From NCBI GenBank assembly GCA_039714075.1, contig JBDLKA010000081.1, forward strand, positions 1-16,733: a stretch of DNA of 16,733 bases, written 5' to 3'. Source of the stretch: Candidatus Krumholzibacteriota bacterium (lineage in GTDB: Bacteria; Krumholzibacteriota; Krumholzibacteriia; LZORAL124-64-63). The notes beneath the pieces were generated by a model. The model saw only the letters and a list, made by a program, of their open reading frames with translations. It was not told the DNA's origin and made no database searches. Shown in pieces: positions 1 through 6,751 of this stretch (position 1 is the stretch's first letter; each line of letters starts with the position of its first letter). The translations under genes and the position numbers were made by a program.

Positions 1-740
1 TCATAGGTGTCGGCGGTAATCGGTTCGGTGGTGAAATCGAAGAAGCTGTCTTCAGCGTCGGGGGTGGTCAGGGTGTCGGGTGAATCGGTGGCCACGACCA
101 TGGCGGCCAGGTCGCTGATGGGGCCCAGGGGCGGGAAGCGTCCGTCCGGCCCGGTTTCCACGCTGGTGACGATCCCCGAGTTTTCAGGAATTAAGTCCGG
201 CTCCATCAGGCGCACCGTCATGCCCGGGATGGGAGAGGTGGTGTCGTCACGGACCAGACCCTCCACCGTGAAAGGCGCTGTCGGACGGTGGCTGATGACC
301 GTTCCGACCGGTCCCAGATCACCGTTTTCGTAGACGGGCCTGACCGCGAAGGATTCGGTGGCGCCCGGTACGATCCCCGCGTCCTCGTGATCGAATTTCC
401 CAAAAAAACCGATTTTGTCGCCGGAGGGGAGGGTTCCCAGCACGGGCAGGGTGCACCAGTTCTCTTCGGTGATGGTCCCGCCGGTTTGGTGAACCCGGAT
501 TTCGAATTTTTCCACGGCCAGGTCGGCGGGATTGGGCAGGGGAGACTGCCAGCTCAGGGTCACCGTGGCGTGAACGATGGGGTCGTCCGTGATGGCCAGG
601 TTTTCCACCGGAGTCAGACCTTCCACCGTGGGAACCGGGCAGCCCGTTGGAGTGGGGTCGTCTTCGGTGCAGCCGCCTGTGATGGTCAGTACGGCAATGA
701 TCAACAGGACAAATAAGTGGGATTTTCTATTCATGTACAT
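1..740 (-). CDS. Lipoprotein, tandem paralog of the 899..2281 metzincin protease (5' part only; runs off the left edge)
   Basis: Not in the ORF track because it has no stop in the window. Manual translation from the ATG at 740 (AGGAGG at 749-754) gives MYMNRKSHLFVLLIIAVLTITGGCTEDDPTPTGCPVPTVEGLTPVENLAITDDP...DSFFDFTTEPITADTY, open to base 1 and colinear with residues ~1-245 of the 899..2281 protein. It has a lipobox-like TGGC. Confidence 0.9.
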   Translation of the reverse strand, partial: MYMNRKSHLFVLLIIAVLTITGGCTEDDPTPTGCPVPTVEGLTPVENLAITDDPIVHATVTLSWQSPLPNPADLAVEKFEIRVHQTGGTITEENWCTLPVLGTLPSGDKIGFFGKFDHEDAGIVPGATESFAVRPVYENGDLGPVGTVISHRPTAPFTVEGLVRDDTTSPIPGMTVRLMEPDLIPENSGIVTSVETGPDGRFPPLGPISDLAAMVVATDSPDTLTTPDAEDSFFDFTTEPITADTY

Positions 741-764
741 GATACAAACCTCCTGATGAGGCCC

Positions 765-794
765 ATTTTACCCCATAAGGCAACCCGTTTTCAA
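765..794 (-). promoter_or_regulatory. Putative sigma70-type promoter for the 1..740 gene
   Basis: The minus strand reads TTGAAA-N18-TAAAAT. The TAAAAT is conserved at the equivalent position upstream of the paralog. Confidence 0.5.
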
Positions 795-835
795 CGTCTT
801 GCCCAAAAAAAGGCCCCGGGTTTCGTGGAGGAATT

Positions 836-858
836 CGCCCGCCTGTGCAGGGCGGGCG
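836..858. terminator. GC-rich hairpin downstream of the 899..2281 gene (possible terminator or mRNA-stabilising stem)
   Basis: cgcccgcc-N7-ggcgggcg forms an 8-bp stem. There is no clear U-tract. Confidence 0.3.
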
Positions 859-898
859 GTTCGCTGGTGGAGTTCGTCTGCGAGGCCATCGGCCAGCC

Positions 899-2281
899 CT
901 ATTGAGGACCCGGCGGCCAGGGCCAGGGCATCGCCTTCTCGAAATTGCTCGTCAAACAGTTCTGGGGCAGGTTCATGATGGTGTGGACGAGCCGTATCTC
1001 ATCCTGGCCCAGGCAGCAGGATCCCGCCGTGCTCATGAGATGGTTCGGGTTCCCGCTGTGGCTGTAGATGCCAAGCGTATGGCCGAATTCATGCAGGATG
1101 ACCCCTGAGGCGTTGTTATGATTGATAATGGGGTCCAACTGGAGCAGGGCTCGCTCGGGAATGACCCACCCATTAAAAGTATGTCCCGCGGGAAGGTCCA
1201 ACATGATCCGTCCGTAGGCTTGGCGCAAATCAAGATACTGGACCTCGATCTTCGCGTCGGCGGGGTCGGTTGTTTCGGTGAACACCGTCAGTCCCAGGGC
1301 CGTGTTCCAGGTTTCCATGGCCTGGCGGCATTCGGCGGCCAGATCGATGGTCCCATCTTCATTCATTCCTTCGGGCACATAGACCCGCAGGTCGTAATCA
1401 TCCCATTTCCTCAACCTGTAGCCGCCACCAGCATAGTTGGTGTAGGTCATCAATTGCACCCAACCGACAAAGTACTCGGCAAGCCAGCCGCCGGGCGGGA
1501 ATTCGTATGTGTAGCGGGTAATGAGGGTGATGGTGATGTCGCCTTCATAGGTGTCGGCGGTGATCGGTTCGGTGGTGAAATCGAAGAAGCTGTCTTCGGC
1601 GTCGGGAGTGGTCAGGGTGTCGGGCGAATCGGTGGCCACCACCATGGCGGCCAGGTCGCTGATGGGACCCAGCGGCGGGAAGCGTCCGTCCGGGCCGGTT
1701 TCCACGCTGGTGACGATGTCCGCCGCCTCGGGAAATTCGAACGGCTCCATCAGGCGCACCGTCATGCCGGGGATCGGGGCGGTGGTGTCGTCGCGGACCA
1801 GGCCTTCGACCGTGAAAGGCGCCGTCGGGCGGTGGCTGACGACCGTTCCGACAGGACCCGGGTCACCGTTTTCGTAGACGGGCCGGACGGCGAAGGATTC
1901 GGTGACGCCCGGCACGATGCCCTTGTCCCGGTGGTCGAACGTCATGAAATACCCGAGCTTGTTTCCGGAAGGCATGGATCCCAGCACGGGCAGGGTGCAC
2001 CAGTTCTCCGCGGTGATGGACCCACCGGATTTGTGCACCCGGACTTCGAACTTTTCCACGGCCAGATCGGCGGGATTGGGCAAGGGCGATTCCCAGGTCA
2101 CCGTCACCCTGGCGTGAAGAAAGGGATCGTCGGTGATCGTCAGGTTCTGGACGGGAGTCAGGTCTTCCACGGTCGGACCGGGGCAGGTCACCGAAACGGG
2201 ATCGTCATCGCCGCAGCCGGCGAGGACAGCCAGGATGATCACAGCCAGAAGGGAAATACCTTTGAGGGAATTAAAGCACAT
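899..2281 (-). CDS. Lipoprotein zinc metalloprotease: FN3-like + carboxypeptidase-regulatory-like + matrixin/M10-like metzincin domain
   Basis: 460 aa with GGAGGT RBS at 2291-2296 and a signal peptide ending in lipobox LAGC. FN3-like pattern (PVQNL..VTVTW..FAVRPVYENG), then TVEGLVRD..PIPGMTV..TGPDGRF. Zinc motif HEFGHTLGIYSH is followed by a Met-turn (NHLMS). Confidence 0.85.
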   Translation of the reverse strand: MCFNSLKGISLLAVIILAVLAGCGDDDPVSVTCPGPTVEDLTPVQNLTITDDPFLHARVTVTWESPLPNPADLAVEKFEVRVHKSGGSITAENWCTLPVLGSMPSGNKLGYFMTFDHRDKGIVPGVTESFAVRPVYENGDPGPVGTVVSHRPTAPFTVEGLVRDDTTAPIPGMTVRLMEPFEFPEAADIVTSVETGPDGRFPPLGPISDLAAMVVATDSPDTLTTPDAEDSFFDFTTEPITADTYEGDITITLITRYTYEFPPGGWLAEYFVGWVQLMTYTNYAGGGYRLRKWDDYDLRVYVPEGMNEDGTIDLAAECRQAMETWNTALGLTVFTETTDPADAKIEVQYLDLRQAYGRIMLDLPAGHTFNGWVIPERALLQLDPIINHNNASGVILHEFGHTLGIYSHSGNPNHLMSTAGSCCLGQDEIRLVHTIMNLPQNCLTSNFEKAMPWPWPPGPQ

Positions 2282-2311
2282 GATATTGAAACCTCCAGAT
2301 GGGGAGGATTC

Positions 2312-2340
2312 ATTTTACACGACGCGCCCCACGGTATCCA
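2312..2340 (-). promoter_or_regulatory. Putative sigma70-type promoter for the 899..2281 gene
   Basis: The minus strand reads TGGATA-N17-TAAAAT, just downstream of the 2351-2389 terminator. Confidence 0.45.
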
Positions 2341-2350
2341 TGGTCTTGTC

Positions 2351-2389
2351 ACAAAAAACGGCCCCGGGGTTCTGTATCCCCGGGGCCGT
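2351..2389 (-). terminator. Intrinsic terminator of the OB-fold/FlgD-tail gene
   Basis: Perfect 12-bp stem acggccccgggg (2358-2369)/ccccggggccgt (2378-2389) with an 8-nt loop, followed on the minus strand by a T-tract. Confidence 0.85.
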
Positions 2390-2462
2390 CATCGCGCTCT
2401 CCGTGTAACCGGTGGTGACACCGGCCAGACGCGATTCCAATCAACTGAACAATTACTTCACT

Positions 2463-4433
2463 CTACTTCACCAGGGTCATCTGCTTGACCTGGACGACCT
2501 CGGCGCCGATGCGCAGGCGGGCGAAGTAGGCGCCGCTGGCCACGGTCTGGCCGGCGTCGTTGGTGCCGTCCCACACGGGACTGTACTCGTTGGCCGGCAG
2601 GCTGCCCTGCACCAGGGTCTTAACCTTCTGGCCGCGGATGTTGTAGATGTTCAGCTGCACCAGGTTCTCCCGGTTGACCACGAATTTGATGGTGGTCTTC
2701 GGGTTGAACGGATTCGGCGCGATGGACTTCAAACCGCCGGCCGCAACGACGTTCGGCAGGTTCTCCACCGGGGTGGCGCCGGTCTGGATGATGAACTCGT
2801 CGGCGATCGGCACGATGCGCCGGGAACCGTACGAGTAGTCCATGTAGCTGGTGACCTTGATGACGTCACCCAGGGTCGGCACGTAGGTCAGCTGGGTCAA
2901 AGGATCGACCACCAGGCTGTCCGCACGGGCGCCGGTATCGGTGATGATGTACTCGCCGAAGCCGAGGGTGTCTTCCACGGCCGCGGGCCAGGTCTGCACC
3001 CAGACGCTTTCCCAGGCTTCACCCATGTTGCCGTTGCCGTCGACGGCGATGCCTTCGTCGTCGGACAGGGTCCGGGTGTCCACGCGGGCGGGAGCCGGCA
3101 GATCGTTACCGAAGCCCAGCAGGTACACGGCGTTGCCGTTGTGGGGGATCATCTCGGTCAGGCCGAAGTACTCGTCGACCTCGCCGCCGATGGCCACCAT
3201 GTCGCCCTGGTAGTATTCGAAGGCCGCGGTGGTCTCGTAGACCAGGATGCCGCTGAACTTGAAGTCTTCCGTGGCGGGATTCACTTCAGGTTCCTGGACG
3301 ATGAACTTGGTGGGCGAACCGACATGGCTGGTGCCTGCGGTCACGACGCCCTGGATGTTCACGAACTGGCCGTTCATGGCCGCGGACTGCGAACTGCTGT
3401 CCGGGTGGGCGTACTGCACGTCCCAGATGGGCGTGAAGCCGACCGCGACGGTCAGGAAGGACGTGGGTGCGGCACCGGGCAGGGTCACGGTCTGGGCGCC
3501 GGTGTCGGTCGCTTCGATGTAGTAGTCGATCTGGGTGCTGCTGTGGCCGCCGGGAATGACGCCGGAGTAGACGTCACCCACGTTGCTCATGGCCACGGAG
3601 CCCCAGGCGCCGGGCGTGACGCCGTCGCTGTCGCGGTAGTACAGCAGGGCGCTGGTAACCCCGATGTCATCAACGATGTTCGCGCTGATGGTGACCGGGT
3701 CGGCGGCTTCGGGCGTCCAGTTGTCGCTGTCGACAGCCGTAATGACGGGCAGTGTGTCGCCACCGGGGTTCTCGACCAGATCGCTCTGGAAGCGGGGCTT
3801 CATCTCGATTTCGCCCAGGTCGGTGGTGATGGGGGAAGTAATGGCGTAAAGGTCGTCGACGGCTACGGCGGTGATGTCGATACCGGTCGTACTATCGATA
3901 TAGACCTTGATCGTGTCACCGATGGCGTCGGAAACGAAGAACTCATTGCCGACGACAGAAGTAACCGTACCAATGACCCGTCCCATCTTGCCGACGTTTT
4001 CATAGGTCGACTTGACAAAGTTGATGGAATAGTCAGTCACGGGAACGACCGGCGTGCCGCCGGTCTCCACGAGCGTGACGGTTCCGGTGAGCTGGATCTG
4101 GTCGCGGTAGGTGCCGACCGTACCGGTGACCTCGATTTCCTGACCAAGGGTGGTGGCAAAGGGGTTACTACCGTGGTAGATGGCGATTCCCTGTCCGGTG
4201 GCATCGACCACGTGGGCGGAACCGCTGCTGAACTGGTGGAGCTCAACGACAGTACCGGTCACAGTTACGATGGCACCCAGCAGATCGGTGCCGCCGCCAT
4301 TGGGGTTGCCGGGCTCGGGAAGACCAGTACCGGCATTGTAGAACTGAATCTCATCAATGGTCTGGGCAGAGGCCGCGCCACTGATCATCACAAGGCACGC
4401 AATAAGCGCCATGCCAAAAAGATGCTTTTTCAT
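2463..4433 (-). CDS. Secreted protein with repeated OB-fold-like modules, an Ig-like domain and a C-terminal FlgD Ig-like/T9SS type A-like sorting tail
   Basis: Start reassigned from 4502 to the ATG at 4433 (AAGGAGG at 4442-4448; Sec signal MKKHLFGMALIACLVMISGAASA), giving 656 aa. OB-like repeats (VTVTGTVV..GQEIEVTGTVGTYRDQIQL; VNIQGVVTA..SGILVY..GDMVAIGGEVDEYFGLTEM). Tail PNPFNPKTTIKF..IYNIRGQKVKTL..WDGTNDAGQTVASGAYF..MTLVK. Confidence 0.85.
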   Translation of the reverse strand: MKKHLFGMALIACLVMISGAASAQTIDEIQFYNAGTGLPEPGNPNGGGTDLLGAIVTVTGTVVELHQFSSGSAHVVDATGQGIAIYHGSNPFATTLGQEIEVTGTVGTYRDQIQLTGTVTLVETGGTPVVPVTDYSINFVKSTYENVGKMGRVIGTVTSVVGNEFFVSDAIGDTIKVYIDSTTGIDITAVAVDDLYAITSPITTDLGEIEMKPRFQSDLVENPGGDTLPVITAVDSDNWTPEAADPVTISANIVDDIGVTSALLYYRDSDGVTPGAWGSVAMSNVGDVYSGVIPGGHSSTQIDYYIEATDTGAQTVTLPGAAPTSFLTVAVGFTPIWDVQYAHPDSSSQSAAMNGQFVNIQGVVTAGTSHVGSPTKFIVQEPEVNPATEDFKFSGILVYETTAAFEYYQGDMVAIGGEVDEYFGLTEMIPHNGNAVYLLGFGNDLPAPARVDTRTLSDDEGIAVDGNGNMGEAWESVWVQTWPAAVEDTLGFGEYIITDTGARADSLVVDPLTQLTYVPTLGDVIKVTSYMDYSYGSRRIVPIADEFIIQTGATPVENLPNVVAAGGLKSIAPNPFNPKTTIKFVVNRENLVQLNIYNIRGQKVKTLVQGSLPANEYSPVWDGTNDAGQTVASGAYFARLRIGAEVVQVKQMTLVK

Positions 4434-4668
4434 CCTTTCGGCCTCCTTAAAATGGGGGTTATTGAGGGCTACTCTCTTGTCACTCGAGACGTGTTTTGTC
4501 AAGCGAATGGACCCGAAGTGGAAAGTGAGCTTATTGCCTACGAGACTGTCTAACCCATTATCCGAACCAATCCCCCCTTATCGGGTAATCCAGCTCGAAT
4601 TCAGTCTCCTCAGCCACCTTGGCGAAAGGGGATGGCATCCATCCCGCTTAAGCCGCCGGTGGCCGTCC

Positions 4669-4697
4669 ATAGTAACACATGGTTTGGAAAATGGTAA
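4669..4697 (-). promoter_or_regulatory. Putative extended -10 promoter for the OB-fold/FlgD-tail gene
   Basis: The minus strand reads TTACCA-N17-TACTAT with TG-N before the -10. This would give a ~230-nt leader. Confidence 0.45.
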
Positions 4698-4724
4698 TGA
4701 TCTTATGTCAATTTTTTATCAAGG

Positions 4725-6332
4725 CTATGATTGAACATCATTTTCAATGATGCATCGTCCTGTCATCTCACCAGGCTGCGGAATTTCCAGCAGATACAGC
4801 AGGGTGGGAGCGATATCCGCTAATCCGAACGTACCATCTTTCAAAATGCCGACTCTGTTTTCGAAGGCCTTGGCCGCGACCACGAAGGGCACGTGGTTGA
4901 GGGAGTGCTGGGTCAGGACCGAGCCGTCGGGACCGATCATTTCATCGCAGTTGCCGTGGTCGGCGGTCACCAGCCAGACCGTGCCCTGTTCCAGGCTCGG
5001 GGGCATGATTTCCGCCAGGAGGCGGTCCAGGGTCCCGAAGGCTTTCACCGCCGCATCGTAGTTGCCCGTATGGCCGACCATGTCGCCGTTGGCGAAATTG
5101 ACGATCACCACGTCGTAGTCGGACCCTTCGCAGGCTTTTTTGACCACGGCGGCCACCTCGGGCGCGCTCATTTCGGGCTGCAGATCGTAGGTGGCGACCT
5201 TGGGCGAGGGGATAAGGGTGCGCTTTTCGTGGGGATAGGGTTCTTCCCGGCCCCCGTTGAAGAAATAGGTGACGTGGGCGTATTTCTCGGTCTCGGCGGT
5301 GCGCAGGTTGCGGATGCCTTGGGCGGCGAACAACTCGGCCAGGCCGTTGCGCGGCGCTTCGGGGGTGAACATCACCGGCAGGTCCAGCGACTGGTCATAA
5401 GGGGTCATGCACAGGTAGTTCACCGCGGGTCGATGGCTCAGCGGGAATCCGTCGAACCCGTCCTGCTTGAAGGCCCAGGTCAGTTCGCGGGCCCGGTCGG
5501 CGCGGAAATTCCAGAAGAAAACACTGTCGCCGTCGCCGATGACGGCGGTGGGCCCGCCGTCCGGTCCGGTGATGATGGTCGGTTCGACGAACTCGTCGGT
5601 GATTCCGCCGGCATAGGAAGCGCCGACGGCCTCCACCGGGTCGGCGGCGGTGACGCCTTTTTCATCAACCCGGCCGTCCACCAGCATGGACCAGGCGCGG
5701 GCCAGGCGGTCCCATCGCTTGTCCCGATCCATGGCCCAATACCGGCCGCAGACCGAGGCGACGGTTCCCGCACCGATGTCGTCCATTTTTTCCACCAGCT
5801 CGCGCACGTAGCCCTGGCCGCTGTTGGGGTCGGTGTCCCGTCCGTCCAGGAAGGCGTGCACAAAGATTTCGGAAATGCCCGCCCGTTTGGCGGCGGCGAT
5901 GATGCCATAGAGATGTTCCGTGTGGGAATGCACGCCACCCGGCGAGACCAGCCCCAGCAGATGGAGGCGGCCCGATCCGGCCCGGGCCCGGTCGAGGAAA
6001 TCCCCCCAGGCGGGCAACCGGTCGAATTCTCCCTCGGCGATGCTTTTGCCGATGCGCACGAGTTCCTGGTTCACGACCCGGCCGGCCCCGATGGTCAGGT
6101 GCCCGACCTCGCTGTTGCCCATCTGCCCGGCGGGAAGTCCGACGGCCAGGCCGCCCGCTTCCAGCGTGGTGAAGGGGTAGCGTTCGAACAGGGAATTGTA
6201 GAAGGCGGGGCTGGCACCGATAACCGCGTTGCCCACTTCGCTGCCGGGGCCGGTACGGTAGCCGACTCCGTCGAGAATGCAGAGCACGACGCGGGGGTGG
6301 CCGGAGCCGGGGCGGGGGGACGAATCGGACAT
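4725..6332 (-). CDS. gpmI: 2,3-bisphosphoglycerate-independent phosphoglycerate mutase
   Basis: 535 aa with hallmark motifs ILDG, GQMGNSEVGH, GGVHSH, DGRD, GRYWAMDRDKRW, NFRADRARE, AETEKYAHVTYFFNGG, NGDMVGHTG and TADHGN. A GAGGAG RBS lies upstream. Confidence 0.98.
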   Translation of the reverse strand: MSDSSPRPGSGHPRVVLCILDGVGYRTGPGSEVGNAVIGASPAFYNSLFERYPFTTLEAGGLAVGLPAGQMGNSEVGHLTIGAGRVVNQELVRIGKSIAEGEFDRLPAWGDFLDRARAGSGRLHLLGLVSPGGVHSHTEHLYGIIAAAKRAGISEIFVHAFLDGRDTDPNSGQGYVRELVEKMDDIGAGTVASVCGRYWAMDRDKRWDRLARAWSMLVDGRVDEKGVTAADPVEAVGASYAGGITDEFVEPTIITGPDGGPTAVIGDGDSVFFWNFRADRARELTWAFKQDGFDGFPLSHRPAVNYLCMTPYDQSLDLPVMFTPEAPRNGLAELFAAQGIRNLRTAETEKYAHVTYFFNGGREEPYPHEKRTLIPSPKVATYDLQPEMSAPEVAAVVKKACEGSDYDVVIVNFANGDMVGHTGNYDAAVKAFGTLDRLLAEIMPPSLEQGTVWLVTADHGNCDEMIGPDGSVLTQHSLNHVPFVVAAKAFENRVGILKDGTFGLADIAPTLLYLLEIPQPGEMTGRCIIENDVQS

Positions 6333-6364
6333 CTAAGGTGCTCCTCGGTCGGTCGGGTGACGGG

Positions 6365-6751
6365 TCATCCCTTTTTCAGGCCTTCGTTCAGGGCGGTAAT
6401 GGGAAGGGCCCACAGCTTTGCTTCGCCCAGGGCCATGAAAACCATTTCGGATAGATAATAAACATCCGCGGCGGGATCAGCTTCCACCCGGGAAATATCT
6501 TCGACCTTCAGCAGGGATCCCGCCTGCAGGACGGCCCGGGTCACCTCGGCTCCCTTGGGCAGGAACTGGGTGACCCGCAGTTTGCCCAACCTGACGATGT
6601 AGGCCGTCGCGGGCTCGGGGTGCAGCAGCTGGTCGGGGGCCAGGAGGATGCGCCGGCCGGCCGGCTTCAGTTTTTCAACCAGCTGGGGCCGCGAGGCGAA
6701 CAGATGGACATCCCGGCGGATGGTCACCGATTGCCGGGGTGTTTCGGTCAT
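6365..6751 (-). CDS. Small stand-alone cyclic-nucleotide-binding (Crp effector domain-like) protein with no HTH
   Basis: Start reassigned to the ATG at 6751, which overlaps the upstream TGA (ATGA), giving 128 aa. AYIVRLGKLRV..GAEVTRAVLQAGSL fits the cNMP beta-barrel pattern Y.I..G.V.V...G.E....L..G, and ALGEAKLWALP fits the final strands. Confidence 0.65.
   Translation of the reverse strand: MTETPRQSVTIRRDVHLFASRPQLVEKLKPAGRRILLAPDQLLHPEPATAYIVRLGKLRVTQFLPKGAEVTRAVLQAGSLLKVEDISRVEADPAADVYYLSEMVFMALGEAKLWALPITALNEGLKKG

Larger units (their letters stand above)
1..2372. repeat. Tandem gene duplication, unit ~1.55 kb (1..~824 matches ~1545..~2372)
   Basis: Bases 1-60 differ from 1545-1604 at only 2 positions. 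An offset of ~1544 holds through the coding region and patchy similarity extends into the upstream non-coding DNA. Confidence 0.9.

Noticed and set aside
218..440. Possible frameshift or phase-variable A7 tract (402-408) in the left paralog, suggested by the 218..403 ORF
   Set aside because: Manual translation stays in frame through the tract (GDKIGFFGKFDH) and colinear with the paralog. The short ORF is an alternative frame.
1..2372. The repeat as a DGR template/variable pair or an assembly artefact
   Set aside because: Differences are not adenine-specific, no reverse transcriptase is in the window, and many differences are synonymous, which fits true paralogs.
4434..4502. Upstream ORF-track starts (4502, and likewise 6883, 11349, 12259)
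   Set aside because: Downstream starts have better RBSs, signal peptides or stop-start coupling.
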